Origin: Clostridia bacterium
Lineage (GTDB): Bacteria; Bacillota; Clostridia; Christensenellales; CAG-314
Length of the DNA: 43,334 nucleotides
Assembly: GCA_036653075.1 (NCBI GenBank)
Contig: JAVVUQ010000002.1
Coordinates: forward strand, 1 to 43,334
Direction: 5' to 3'
A program made the translations under genes and the position numbers. Shown in pieces: positions 9,557 to 20,320 of the stretch (position 1 is its first letter; each line of letters opens with the position of its first letter). Under the pieces are notes generated by a model that saw nothing but the letters and a program-made list of their open reading frames with translations, was not told the DNA's origin and searched no databases.

Positions 9557-10789
9557 CTATTTTAACAACCGCATAACGCACTCGATAGCTGCAAGCTTTA
9601 CGTGTTCATAAGTAAGCCCACCTTGTAAATAAGCAATATAAGGCTCTTTTATCGGAGAATCACAACTTAACTCTATTGATGAACCGCTTATAAAGCACCC
9701 CGCTGCCATAATAACTTTATGTTCATATCCCGGCATATCCCATGGTTCAAGCGTCACATAACTATCTATTGGAGATGTATATTGAATTCCTTGACAAAAC
9801 GAAATTAATTGTTCGCTACTATCAAAAATCACAGAGCAAACTATATCACCTATTTCATCATTAATCGTAGGTAACGTTTTAAACCCTAAATCATTCATTG
9901 TAACTGAAAATAACATCATTCCTTTTACCGCTTGACTTGTAACATGAGGAGCAAGAAATAATCCTTGATAAAATAATCGATACCCATATTCGTATGAGCC
10001 AACCTCACTACCTATTGAAGGCGATGTTAATCTATATGATATTGCTTTGATTAATTGTTCTTTTCCTGCAATATAACCTCCCGTTGGAGCAATTCCGCCA
10101 CCTGCATTCTTAATAAGCGACCCCACAATCACATCAGCGCCCACCGCAGTAGGCTCAAATTTTTCAATAAATTCTCCATAACAGTTATCTACCATAACAA
10201 TTATATTATTATTTATTGATTTAATAACATCAATCGCAAATTTTATTTTATCTATAGTCAACGCATTTCTACTGCTATATCCCCTTGAACGTTGTATATA
10301 TACCAACTTTGGATGATTCGTTATTATATAATCTCTTACTAATTCACAATCTATTTCAGATTGCTTCATCTCAATAATATCAAATTTAATTTTGTAATCT
10401 AATAATGAACCATTTCCTATTCCATATATAACTTCGTTAAGAGTATCATACGGCTTACCTGTAATAGATACAGCTAAATCATTAGTCTTAAGCAATCCAA
10501 ATAATGCAATCGTTAATGCGTGCGTTCCAGAAACAATATTGGGCGACACAATGGCGCTTTCAGCTTGAAAAACTTCAGCATAAACTTTATTTAAAGTATC
10601 TCGTCCAATGTCATCATATCCATACCCCGTACTTCCTGCAAAATGCCTTGTACCAACTCTATAATTCCTAAATGCATTTAATACTTTTTCTTGGTTATAT
10701 AACGCAACACTCTCTATTTCTTTAAATCGATTTATTAACTTCTTTTCCGCTTCATTAACAATTTTTTCCGCTTTTTCTCTTATTTCCAT
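9557..10789 (-). CDS. YnbB-like PLP-dependent enzyme (methionine gamma-lyase / aluminium-resistance family, PF06838-like)
   Basis: GSTGYGYDDIGRDTL...SGTHAL...ITGKPYDTL closely follows my recollection of B. subtilis YnbB. AAGGGGAAG RBS. Confidence 0.8.
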   Translation of the reverse strand: MEIREKAEKIVNEAEKKLINRFKEIESVALYNQEKVLNAFRNYRVGTRHFAGSTGYGYDDIGRDTLNKVYAEVFQAESAIVSPNIVSGTHALTIALFGLLKTNDLAVSITGKPYDTLNEVIYGIGNGSLLDYKIKFDIIEMKQSEIDCELVRDYIITNHPKLVYIQRSRGYSSRNALTIDKIKFAIDVIKSINNNIIVMVDNCYGEFIEKFEPTAVGADVIVGSLIKNAGGGIAPTGGYIAGKEQLIKAISYRLTSPSIGSEVGSYEYGYRLFYQGLFLAPHVTSQAVKGMMLFSVTMNDLGFKTLPTINDEIGDIVCSVIFDSSEQLISFCQGIQYTSPIDSYVTLEPWDMPGYEHKVIMAAGCFISGSSIELSCDSPIKEPYIAYLQGGLTYEHVKLAAIECVMRLLK

Positions 10790-10926
10790 AACTTCCCCTT
10801 AAATTAACGCTTTATTTATAATATAAAGCATTTTAAATTTCTGTTAAATTATAACATTTATATAATACTATTACTAACATAGTTATATATAAAATCAAAA
10901 CAAATACTACTATGTTTGAAATAGTA

Positions 10927-11832
10927 TTATATATATCGCTTAATAATTGAATTTATAATATTAATATTCTCGTTTGCTGATAAATCTGCGTCTAATTTGA
11001 TTGTGTTTAAACGTTTGAAATACGTTATTTGTCTTTTGGCATAATTGCGTGTGTTTTGTTTAATTGATGTTATTGTTTGTTCTTTTGTACAATTTCCTTT
11101 TAAATAATTTACAGATTCTTTATATCCTATGCCCTGCATACTTTGCGCATCAATTGGAACATATTTCATAAGGTTAAAAACCTCATCAAATAATCCGTTA
11201 TCAATCATTTTATCCACTCTTTTTTCTATGTTTTTATATAATACTTCTCTATTTATCGTTAATTCAAATATTATATTTTCATATTTAAGTTTTTTATTAT
11301 TTAAATTTCCATCTGATTTTTTTAAACCCGTTGTTTTATATATTTCAATTGCTCTAATAACTTTTTTGGTGTTATTTGGATGTATTTTCATAGCTGATTC
11401 AATATCGTATTTCATTAAAAGATTATGCAATTCTAATGCGCCATTAAGGATTAAATAGTTGTTTAATTCTTTGCGCAAATCATAATCTACGCTATTTTCA
11501 AAATCCATTTCGTACAAAGTACTGTCAAAATAAAAACCAGTACCACCTACCATAAATGGAATTTGACCTTTATCATTTTCTAATGTTATAATTTTATCGA
11601 CTTGTTGAGAATAGTTATTACTATTAAAGCTATCACAAGGATCAACTATGTTTATCATATAATGTTTAATTCTACTCATTTCTTCATTAGATGGTTTTGC
11701 AGTACCAATATTAAATTCTTTAAATATTTGCATTGAATCCGCTGAAATTATATTTGTATTCAATTCTTTTGCCAACTGCAACGCTAAAGCGCTTTTCCCT
11801 ATGGCAGTTGGGCCAACTAATCCTAAAATCAT
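10927..11832 (-). CDS. miaA: tRNA dimethylallyltransferase
   Basis: N-terminal P-loop LVGPTAIGKS, size 301 aa, located directly after mutL (2-nt gap). This is the conserved mutS-mutL-miaA order. Confidence 0.9.
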   Translation of the reverse strand: MILGLVGPTAIGKSALALQLAKELNTNIISADSMQIFKEFNIGTAKPSNEEMSRIKHYMINIVDPCDSFNSNNYSQQVDKIITLENDKGQIPFMVGGTGFYFDSTLYEMDFENSVDYDLRKELNNYLILNGALELHNLLMKYDIESAMKIHPNNTKKVIRAIEIYKTTGLKKSDGNLNNKKLKYENIIFELTINREVLYKNIEKRVDKMIDNGLFDEVFNLMKYVPIDAQSMQGIGYKESVNYLKGNCTKEQTITSIKQNTRNYAKRQITYFKRLNTIKLDADLSANENINIINSIIKRYI

Positions 11833-11834
11833 AT

Positions 11835-13820
11835 TTACACTATCCTTTTAAACCATTTTTCAATTTCGGATTTATTAATTTTAACAGCTATTGGTCTGCC
11901 GTGAGGGCATTTTAGAGAAATATCTTTGGATAATTTATTTATAATTGAATTTATTTGAATATCATTAAGTTTATCTCCGCCCTTGATTGCTGCGCGACAA
12001 GCCATTCGAGCTAATTTTTCTTTATTAAAGCCATCTATGTCTTTTGTATCATTAATATCGTTTAAAATATATGAAACAAATGTTTCTAAATTAATTTCAT
12101 TCACTAAAGATGGAACGGCGTCAATTCTAAAGGAGTTTTTGCCATAAACCGATATTTCAAAACCACATTTATTGATAGTGTCAATATTTGATTGTATATA
12201 ATCGTATTCTGCATTGTTAACGCTAAAAATATAAGGAAGCAACAAAGGTTGAATAATTAATTTTCCATCATCCATTTCGGATAATAATCTGTCATATATT
12301 ATTCGTTCGTGCGCTGCGTGCTGGTCTACAATTAAAACCTCACTATTATCATCGTTTTCCATTATTAAATAGGTATTAAACATTCTTCCTACGTTTATTA
12401 AGTGACTACTTGATAAAAAACTATCGTTTATAATAGTTGAAGCATTTTTATTTTTAGAGTTTTTAAATGCCATTTCAATTGCGCTTTGTTCATTTTCAAT
12501 TATATCTGTAAAATCTTGTGGTTTTGAATCTTCTAAAAAATTGTTTTTATAATCATTATTTTTAATATTGTTATTACTGCATAAAGTATTTTGATTAATA
12601 TTTCTCAATTTATCATCATTTTTATCTAAAATTCCGTTATTTGTTGCATTAATATTAATACTATTTAAATTATTGCTTGTAAATTGTGCATAATCATTGT
12701 TTTTATTTTTTTTATCAATATATTTATTTTCATAGAAGTTATCGCCACTATTTTCACACGTTGGATTTGTTAATGTTATTGAATTTTGTTGCATATTATT
12801 ATCTATATAATTATGTGTTATGTCAATAATCTTTCGTTGTTCAGATTTAATTGCTTGACTAATTGGAGCAAAAAAAGCAGAAAAAATCATTTTAGGCTCA
12901 GAAAAACGCACGTCTAATTTATTAGGGTGTACATTCACGTCAATTTCTTCAAATGGAATTGATAAATATAGTGTAAATAACGGATATTTTCTTGTCATTA
13001 AATATGGTTTAAATGCAATTTTAACCGCAGTATTAATCGTCGAATTAATTACATATCTACCATTTATAATTAAAGTTTGGTATGTTGTATTGTTTTTTGG
13101 ATAGTTTGGACTTGAAATATATCCAAAAACTTTATAGTTTTTATAAAGCGCATCAATTTTTAAGCAAGTAGTTAATACCTCACTCCCGTAAATGCAAGAC
13201 ATAGCATTTTCAACGCCTTTTCCTTGTGAATTAAATATTACTGTTCCATTATTAATATATTTAATTGCTATATACGGATTTGATAATATTAATCTTGATA
13301 CTGTATCCGTTATTAATGTAATTTCGCTATGAGCTTTTTTTAAAAACTTTAACCGGGCGGGCGTATTAAAAAATAAATTTTCAACTGTAAAAGTTGTACC
13401 ATTATTGCCGCCACATTCAGTAATTTCCCCAAAAACGCCACCATCGACTGTTAATGTATGCGAAAGTTCATCAGTTTCAGTTTTTGTTGTAACTGTAACT
13501 TTACTTACTGCTGCTATGCTTGCTAAAGCTTCGCCCCTAAATCCTAACGTTTTAATTGAATCTAAATCCGATTCACTTACTATTTTACTTGTTGAATGTT
13601 GTAAAAATGCTATTTTTAAGCAATCTAACGGAATCCCTGTTCCATTATCATTAATAGAAATAATTGAGCAACCATCAGAAATTGTTATTTTAATAGATGT
13701 AGCTTTTGCGTCTATGGCATTTTCTATTAATTCTTTCACAACAGAAGCTGGTCGTTCTACTACTTCACCAGCTGAAATTTTATTATATATTGTAGATGAT
13801 AAAATACATATTTTGTCCAT
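11835..13820 (-). CDS. mutL: DNA mismatch repair protein MutL
   Basis: GHKL ATPase motifs (VVKELIENAIDA, DNGTGI, LGFRGEAL) and a C-terminal dimerisation/endonuclease domain. A long Asn-rich low-complexity linker lies between the two. Confidence 0.92.
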   Translation of the reverse strand: MDKICILSSTIYNKISAGEVVERPASVVKELIENAIDAKATSIKITISDGCSIISINDNGTGIPLDCLKIAFLQHSTSKIVSESDLDSIKTLGFRGEALASIAAVSKVTVTTKTETDELSHTLTVDGGVFGEITECGGNNGTTFTVENLFFNTPARLKFLKKAHSEITLITDTVSRLILSNPYIAIKYINNGTVIFNSQGKGVENAMSCIYGSEVLTTCLKIDALYKNYKVFGYISSPNYPKNNTTYQTLIINGRYVINSTINTAVKIAFKPYLMTRKYPLFTLYLSIPFEEIDVNVHPNKLDVRFSEPKMIFSAFFAPISQAIKSEQRKIIDITHNYIDNNMQQNSITLTNPTCENSGDNFYENKYIDKKNKNNDYAQFTSNNLNSININATNNGILDKNDDKLRNINQNTLCSNNNIKNNDYKNNFLEDSKPQDFTDIIENEQSAIEMAFKNSKNKNASTIINDSFLSSSHLINVGRMFNTYLIMENDDNSEVLIVDQHAAHERIIYDRLLSEMDDGKLIIQPLLLPYIFSVNNAEYDYIQSNIDTINKCGFEISVYGKNSFRIDAVPSLVNEINLETFVSYILNDINDTKDIDGFNKEKLARMACRAAIKGGDKLNDIQINSIINKLSKDISLKCPHGRPIAVKINKSEIEKWFKRIV

Positions 13821-13878
13821 AATTTCCTTTATAGTCTAATATTATAATTATTTATAATATTTTAAATAACAATTAAAT

Positions 13879-16335
13879 TTATATTTCATTCTTTGCTTTT
13901 TCAATATTTTTATTTTTTTCTATTTCATTGCTAATAATTTTAGCTCTATCCACTATTGATTTTTCGATTCCTGCTATCGCTGCAACCTCGATTCCAAAAC
14001 TTTTATTAGCGCTTCCTTTACATATTTTACGCAAAAAAATAACGCCATTTTTTGTTTCGGTAACCATCATTTTATAACTATTTATACCTTTAAGTTGTCC
14101 TTCAAGTTTAGACAATTCAAAATAATGCGTGGCAAAAATTGTCTTTGCGCATATTGTCTGATTTATATATTCAATAACTGCTTGAGCAATGCTTAAACCA
14201 TCTAAATTAGATGTGCCTCTACCTAACTCGTCGATAATGATAAGACTGTTGCGTGTTGCATTTTTTAGAATATACGCAGCTTCAATCATTTCAACCATAA
14301 AAGTGCTTTGATTAAACAATAAATCATCGCTTGCGCCCACTCTCGTAAATATTTTATCCGTAATAGGAATATTCGCTTTATCTGCAGATACAAAACAGCC
14401 TATATGCGCCATAATAGTTATTAACGCTACTTGCCTCATATATGTACTTTTCCCAGCCATATTGGGACCTGTTAATATCATAGTTCGGTTATCGTTGCAA
14501 TCTAATATGGTATCATTTGACACGAAATTTTCCGTTCGCATAAATTCTTCGATTATTGGATGTCTTCCACCCTTAATAGTCAATGTTTCATCCTTTTGGT
14601 TAATCAATGGTTTACTATAACCATTGTTTACTGAAACTTTGCTCAAACTCAATAAGGCATCTAATTTTGCTATCGCATTAGAAATTTTCTGTAATGTCGG
14701 AATAAATGGTAAAACCAATTCTCTTAATTCATTATACAGTTTTCTTTCTAATGCGCTATAATTATCTTCAGCTGTTAGCAATTTTTCTTCAAGTGTCTTT
14801 AACTGCTCAGTTATATATCGTTCGCAATTTACAAGTGTTTGTTTTCTAATGTACTCAATTGGCGCTTTGTCTTTAAATGAATTTGAAATTTCTATATAAT
14901 ATCCAAATACTTTGTTATATCCTATTTTTAAACTCTTAATCCCGCTCTTTTCTCTTTCTTTTAATTCAAGCGCAGACAATAAAGCTTTCCCATTATGCGA
15001 AAACTCTATCAATTCGTCTAATTGTTTATTGTAACCTTTTTTAATGTATCCACTTTCCTTAACAGTCGTAGGCGCATCTTCACTTATCGCTGTATTCAAT
15101 AATTGAATTAAATTATCACAAGTAATTATTTCACTGTTTATTCTTTTTCCATACCCTACTTTAGTGTAATTCAAAACTTCTTTAACTTTCGGTATAGCCT
15201 TTAATGTTATTTCTAACGCTTTATAATCTTTGGGCATAACATTTCCATAAGAAATTTTCCCGCAAATTCGTTCTATATCTTTAACATAACTCAATGCTTC
15301 CGCCATGCCTTCTCGCATTAAAAAATCATCAACAAATGATTCTACCATATCGAGTCTATCATTAATAAATTCGATATTAACAAGCGGTTGATTTATCCAT
15401 TGTTTTAACATTCGCGCGCCCATGCTTGTAATTGTTTTATCTAAAAGCCAAAGCAAACTACCACGCTTTTTTTGATCTTTATTATTGCAAGTTAATTCTA
15501 AATTACGCCGTGTATTATAATCTAAAGACATATATTCCGAGCTATTAATGTATTTGACGCCATCAATATGCGGCAAAGCTCTCATTTGCGTTTCATTAAT
15601 ATACGAAAGCAATGCGCCAACAGCTTTTATACACAATGGATAACGTTCTATTCCATAAATTTCCAAACTATGCACTTTAAATTGTTGTAAAATTACCTCT
15701 TTTGCGCGTTCTTCATCAAATTTCATCTCATAATACTGTTTAAATTTTGGAATATATTCATTTTTTATACAAGTAAGCTTTTCATTATAATTCATAGCTA
15801 TCGCATTACATAATATCTCTGACGGACTCAATGACACCATTAATTCTTGTAACTTTTCTTCAAGTTTATCTGAATCAAAATTTTGCGTAAACAATTCGCC
15901 CGTTGAAATATCACACCACGCTACCGCTAACGCTTTATTTTCTTTATTACAGCAAACCACAGCTAAGAAATTATTGTTTTTCTCATCTAAAATATTATCT
16001 TCAATAACCGTTCCGGGCGTTATAACTCTAACAATCTTTCTTTCCGCCATACCCTTTTCAGGAAGTTCCATTTGTTCGCAAATTGCCACTTTTAAACCTG
16101 CCGAAATAAGCTTTTGAATATAATTTGTTATTGCGTGATATGGTACGCCACACATAGGCGCTCGCTGAGCTTCGCCACAATCTCTACCAGTTAATACTAA
16201 ATCTAATATTTTACTCGCTTTAATAGCGTCATCGTGAAACATTTCATAAAAATCGCCTAATCTAAATAAGACGATACAATCCTCATAATCTTTTTTTATT
16301 GAAAAATATTGTTTCATCATTGGTGATAATGCCAT
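13879..16335 (-). CDS. mutS: DNA mismatch repair protein MutS
   Basis: N-terminal mismatch-binding domain (TPMMKQY, GDFYEMF). Walker A GPNMAGKST. The STFMVEM motif is present. Confidence 0.95.
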   Translation of the reverse strand: MALSPMMKQYFSIKKDYEDCIVLFRLGDFYEMFHDDAIKASKILDLVLTGRDCGEAQRAPMCGVPYHAITNYIQKLISAGLKVAICEQMELPEKGMAERKIVRVITPGTVIEDNILDEKNNNFLAVVCCNKENKALAVAWCDISTGELFTQNFDSDKLEEKLQELMVSLSPSEILCNAIAMNYNEKLTCIKNEYIPKFKQYYEMKFDEERAKEVILQQFKVHSLEIYGIERYPLCIKAVGALLSYINETQMRALPHIDGVKYINSSEYMSLDYNTRRNLELTCNNKDQKKRGSLLWLLDKTITSMGARMLKQWINQPLVNIEFINDRLDMVESFVDDFLMREGMAEALSYVKDIERICGKISYGNVMPKDYKALEITLKAIPKVKEVLNYTKVGYGKRINSEIITCDNLIQLLNTAISEDAPTTVKESGYIKKGYNKQLDELIEFSHNGKALLSALELKEREKSGIKSLKIGYNKVFGYYIEISNSFKDKAPIEYIRKQTLVNCERYITEQLKTLEEKLLTAEDNYSALERKLYNELRELVLPFIPTLQKISNAIAKLDALLSLSKVSVNNGYSKPLINQKDETLTIKGGRHPIIEEFMRTENFVSNDTILDCNDNRTMILTGPNMAGKSTYMRQVALITIMAHIGCFVSADKANIPITDKIFTRVGASDDLLFNQSTFMVEMIEAAYILKNATRNSLIIIDELGRGTSNLDGLSIAQAVIEYINQTICAKTIFATHYFELSKLEGQLKGINSYKMMVTETKNGVIFLRKICKGSANKSFGIEVAAIAGIEKSIVDRAKIISNEIEKNKNIEKAKNEI

Positions 16336-16399
16336 AGTTTATACCATCCTATTTTAATATATCGGTTTTTTTGAATGAATTAATCAGCAAATAAACTCA

Positions 16400-17716
16400 T
16401 TAATCAACTAATTTACCCCAAAGTGTAGCAGATTGATGTTTTTCAATTTGAACATTTACAAATTGTCCGATTAAATCTTTATCACTTGGAATATTAACTA
16501 ATCTACCATTATCAGTTCGGCCGCAATAGACATTTTTATATTTATTATTAGTATCTTCTACTAAGACTTCAAAAACTTTATTGATATAAGTTTCAGACAT
16601 TTCATTAGTTATTTTATTTTGCAACGCTTGCAATCTTGTAATACGATCACGTTTAGTTAAACTATCAATTTGATTTTCCATTAAATAACCTGGCGTTCCT
16701 TTTCTCCTTGAATAAACAAAGCTATATAAACTTGTATATCGAACCTGTTCCATCAAACTTAAAGTCTCCAAAAAATCTTCTTCCGTTTCGCCAGCAAAAC
16801 CAATCATAACGTCACTACTTATTCCAACATTTTCGCCTAATGTTTTTTTAATATCTTCTATATGCGCTAAATAATCACTACGATTGTAATGCCTATTCAT
16901 TGTTTTAAGCATTTTATCGCTCCCCGATTGAACAGGCAAATGAATAAATTTACATATACTATCGTACTTTTTAATGGTTTCAATAACATCGTGAGTCAAA
17001 TCTTTCGGATGAGATGTTAAAAATCTAATTCTATGCTTTCCAGGTATTTGTCCAACCTCATCTAAAAGTTGCGCAAATGTAACTTTCGGAGTTAAATCTT
17101 TTCCATAAGAATTTACATTTTGCCCCAACAATGTAATCTCTTTGTATCCATCTTTTAATAATTGCTTAACTTCGGCGACTATCGTATCTTTATTTCTACT
17201 ACGTTCTCTACCACGAACATACGGCACTATGCAGTAAGTACAAAAATTATTGCATCCGTATATTATGTTAACCCAAGCATTTGTCCCACTTGTACGATAA
17301 ATTGGCGTATCCTCAATCAATGTATCTTCATTTCGTATATCAACTAAATCTTTCTTAAGTTTAACCGAATCAATTTTTTCGCTAAGTAAATGTATATTAT
17401 TTGTACCTAAAATTATATCAACATGTGGAAATTTTGATTTCAAACGTTTCGCAACTCCATCTTGTTGTGTCATACAACCACAAACAACCACTATAAGCTC
17501 CGTGTTAGCTCTTTTTAAACTTTTAACTTCACCAATATGCCCTAATATCTTAGCTTCAGCTGTTTCTCTAATGCAACAAGTGTTAAAGACAATAATATCC
17601 GCTTCCTCGCTCAAAGTCGTTGCTTTATAATCTTTTGATTCAAGTATTCCCGCAATTTTCTCAGATTCGTGAACATTCATTTGACAACCATATGTATGTA
17701 TAAAGTATTTTTTCAT
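16400..17716 (-). CDS. miaB: tRNA-i6A37 methylthiotransferase MiaB
   Basis: UPF0004 N-terminal Cys triad (YGCQMN...NTCCIRE...GCM), radical-SAM CNNFCTYC motif and a C-terminal TRAM domain. AGGAGA RBS. Confidence 0.9.
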   Translation of the reverse strand: MKKYFIHTYGCQMNVHESEKIAGILESKDYKATTLSEEADIIVFNTCCIRETAEAKILGHIGEVKSLKRANTELIVVVCGCMTQQDGVAKRLKSKFPHVDIILGTNNIHLLSEKIDSVKLKKDLVDIRNEDTLIEDTPIYRTSGTNAWVNIIYGCNNFCTYCIVPYVRGRERSRNKDTIVAEVKQLLKDGYKEITLLGQNVNSYGKDLTPKVTFAQLLDEVGQIPGKHRIRFLTSHPKDLTHDVIETIKKYDSICKFIHLPVQSGSDKMLKTMNRHYNRSDYLAHIEDIKKTLGENVGISSDVMIGFAGETEEDFLETLSLMEQVRYTSLYSFVYSRRKGTPGYLMENQIDSLTKRDRITRLQALQNKITNEMSETYINKVFEVLVEDTNNKYKNVYCGRTDNGRLVNIPSDKDLIGQFVNVQIEKHQSATLWGKLVD

Positions 17717-17807
17717 TTATTATATCTCCTAAGCTTATATTATATCAAATTTAATACAATTTAGCAATTGAATAAATATATTTAATATATAAACAAATAC
17801 TATACTT

Positions 17808-20129
17808 ATGGAAAAATATAAAATTAAAAGTACTATGTGTGTAATAGCAATCATTTTATTATTAATAGTGATTGTTTTATTCGGAATAATTATTTATTTT
17901 ACCGAATTATCTCCTCAAGCAGTTAAATTTGACGCTGAAAAACTTGTTCGAATAACTACGGGTTTTTATATGTATGACAATAATGGAAATTTAATTGATG
18001 AAACTATTCCTTTAAAATCAGCAAAAAAATTGTCAATAACAAAATTACCATCTCACGTAAAAAATGCGTTTATTGCAGTGGAAGATAAACGCTTTTATTC
18101 GCATAATGGCGCCGATGTTCTTCGCATTGGAGGCGCAATTAAAAATAACATAGCCGCTGATAGATTTAAAGAAGGCGCTTCAACAATTTCACAACAATTA
18201 ATTAAAAATACGCATTTGTCTGGCAAAAAAACATTTATACGAAAATTAAACGAAATTAAATTAGCTCGTGAATTAGAAAGGCAATATACTAAAGACCAAA
18301 TACTTGAAATGTATTTGAATACTATTTATTTTGGCAATAATGCGTATGGATTAGAAGCTGCAGCTAATACTTATTTTGGTATTTCCGCTTACGATTTAAG
18401 TATAGCTCAAGCAGCAGCAATGGCTGGATTAATCAAAGCGCCCACCGCTTACTCGCCTAATAACGATTTGAATAAATGTATAATTAGAAGAAATACTGTC
18501 TTAAAGCTAATGAAGGAACAAAACTTGATTACGCTTAACGAATACAATATTTCTAAAACTGAAGAAATAAATTTATCTATTATTAATCAAAATAAAAACT
18601 TTTTAAAACAATATATGCACGGCGCTATTCAAGAAGCGTGCGAATTATTAAATATTACTGAAAAACAATTAATTGAAAGTAAACTAAAAATTTATACCTA
18701 TTACAACAAAGATATTCAGTCGGCTTTATGTGATACAATTAATAATAATATCGTCAAAACTGTAAATGGAAATATAGCGCAATGTTGCGGAATGGTTGCA
18801 AATAATGAATCGTCTGGAATTGAAGCATTTGCAGGTATTAGCAAAAATAATTTATATACTATTCGCCGAAATATCGGGTCAGCCGCTAAACCATTAGTTT
18901 CATTTGCCCCCGCTTTAAATGAAAGAATTATAACCCCGCTAACAATAATAGAGGACGCTCCTTGTTCATTTGATGGCTATTCTCCGCATAATTATAATGA
19001 TAAATATTATGGCTATGTTACTATGCGTGATGCTGTCGCTAAAAGCTTAAATAGCGTTGCAATCAACCTTTTAAATAATATTTCAATAAAAAAAGGATAT
19101 GAATATTTAATAAAAAATGGTTTTACACTTTCAAAAAATGATAATGGATTACCAATTGCTTTAGGCGCTTTCACTTTTGGTATTACATTAAAGGAACTAA
19201 CTCAAGGCTATATGACCTTAGCTAATAAAGGCGAATTTTCAAATTTACATTTTATAAAGAGTATTTCAGATGAAAGCGGAAGAACTTTATATAAAACTAA
19301 AATAAAATATTCAAGAGTTTTTGATGATGATAGCGCTTTTTTGATGACTGATATGCTTACTTCAGTAGTTAATAATGGCACAGCTAAAGGACTAAAATCA
19401 GATAATCTAAACTTTTCAATCGCAGCAAAAACAGGCACCGTAGGAGAAATTAAGTCAAAAGATAATACCGATGCGCTGCTTGTTAGCTACAATACAAAAC
19501 ATACTACTTCAATGTGGATAGGCGGATATATTAATGACACCTTGCCTTCAACTGTTACTGGCGGAAATTTACCCGTTTTATTAACTAAACAACTTTATCT
19601 ATCTATATACAAAAATAATAAACCAAAAAATTTTGAAATACCTGAAAGCGTCACAAAACTTTCAATCGATAAGAAAACACTTTTTGATACGCATATAGCG
19701 ATTAAATCTATCATAGATACTCCAAACGACCAAATAATCTCTGAGTATTTTTCAATTCACAATTGCCCCCAATCGACCATAAAACCTGAAAAACCTTCAG
19801 CATTTTTAAACTTAAATTTGTCTTTAAATAACGATGGTTTTCCTGTAATAGAATTTGAAAGCGCTGAAAATATTAAAGTTTCAATATATCGCAAAAATAA
19901 CACCATTGATAAGCTTATCGCCACTGTGGATGGCGGAAACGTTACGTATATCGACAATAACGTTGAACTCAATAAAAGTTACACGTATTATATCTTACCC
20001 ATCAGCGATGAATTTAAAGGCGTTAAATCGCAAGAAAAAACTATAAAAACATTACAAAAAAAGGTTGATGAAAAACAACCGCCTAATGAAGATTGGTGGC
20101 GTTGGATTTATAAAATAATACAAAATTAA
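17808..20129 (+). CDS. Class A penicillin-binding protein (glycosyltransferase GT51 + transpeptidase) with a C-terminal extension
   Basis: N-terminal TM anchor. GT51 motifs EDKRFYSHNG and STISQQL. Transpeptidase motifs SAAKP (SxxK) and KTGT. A roughly 150-aa C-terminal beta-rich extension ends in the Trp-rich tail EDWWRWIYKII. No clear RBS, so the start is less certain. Confidence 0.85.
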   Translation: MEKYKIKSTMCVIAIILLLIVIVLFGIIIYFTELSPQAVKFDAEKLVRITTGFYMYDNNGNLIDETIPLKSAKKLSITKLPSHVKNAFIAVEDKRFYSHNGADVLRIGGAIKNNIAADRFKEGASTISQQLIKNTHLSGKKTFIRKLNEIKLARELERQYTKDQILEMYLNTIYFGNNAYGLEAAANTYFGISAYDLSIAQAAAMAGLIKAPTAYSPNNDLNKCIIRRNTVLKLMKEQNLITLNEYNISKTEEINLSIINQNKNFLKQYMHGAIQEACELLNITEKQLIESKLKIYTYYNKDIQSALCDTINNNIVKTVNGNIAQCCGMVANNESSGIEAFAGISKNNLYTIRRNIGSAAKPLVSFAPALNERIITPLTIIEDAPCSFDGYSPHNYNDKYYGYVTMRDAVAKSLNSVAINLLNNISIKKGYEYLIKNGFTLSKNDNGLPIALGAFTFGITLKELTQGYMTLANKGEFSNLHFIKSISDESGRTLYKTKIKYSRVFDDDSAFLMTDMLTSVVNNGTAKGLKSDNLNFSIAAKTGTVGEIKSKDNTDALLVSYNTKHTTSMWIGGYINDTLPSTVTGGNLPVLLTKQLYLSIYKNNKPKNFEIPESVTKLSIDKKTLFDTHIAIKSIIDTPNDQIISEYFSIHNCPQSTIKPEKPSAFLNLNLSLNNDGFPVIEFESAENIKVSIYRKNNTIDKLIATVDGGNVTYIDNNVELNKSYTYYILPISDEFKGVKSQEKTIKTLQKKVDEKQPPNEDWWRWIYKIIQN

Positions 20130-20280
20130 GAAGATAAAAACCATTGATTTTTATTGCAATTATATAACTTATAGTTTTTGTATTACGATTTATAATAAAT
20201 ATATGCTTTTTATATACTATGTCTATAATAGTACATCAGAAAAAGCTGTGTATTGCTATAAATTAAAAAGTTAAAGATTT

Positions 20281-20313
20281 AAATAAATATAAAATAAATA
20301 TAAAATAAATATA
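20281..20313. repeat. Three perfect tandem copies of the 11-bp unit AAATAAATATA
   Basis: Read directly from the sequence. It lies in the intergenic region just downstream (minus-strand sense) of the HAD hydrolase gene, between convergent genes. Confidence 0.8.
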
Positions 20314-20320
20314 AATACGA

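Noticed and set aside
12380-12800. Asn-rich repetitive stretch in mutL (and the similar linker in ftsK at about 33000..34100) as an insertion or repeat element
   Set aside because: The reading frames stay open, and these positions correspond to the naturally variable, disordered linkers of MutL and FtsK. The low-complexity Asn/Lys/Asp runs fit the AT-biased codon usage.
13405-13839. 144-aa + strand ORF antisense to the mutL 5' region. Similar long antisense ORFs occur at 11129..11458, 28858..29268, 29521..29760, 30861..31376, 33000..33224 and 35199..35471.
   Set aside because: All are embedded in well-supported minus-strand housekeeping genes, with no independent start signals. They are shadow ORFs.
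20281-20313. 11-bp x3 tandem repeat as a possible CRISPR or regulatory array
   Set aside because: The units have no spacers, are pure A/T, and sit between convergent gene ends. This is most simply a replication-slippage microsatellite.
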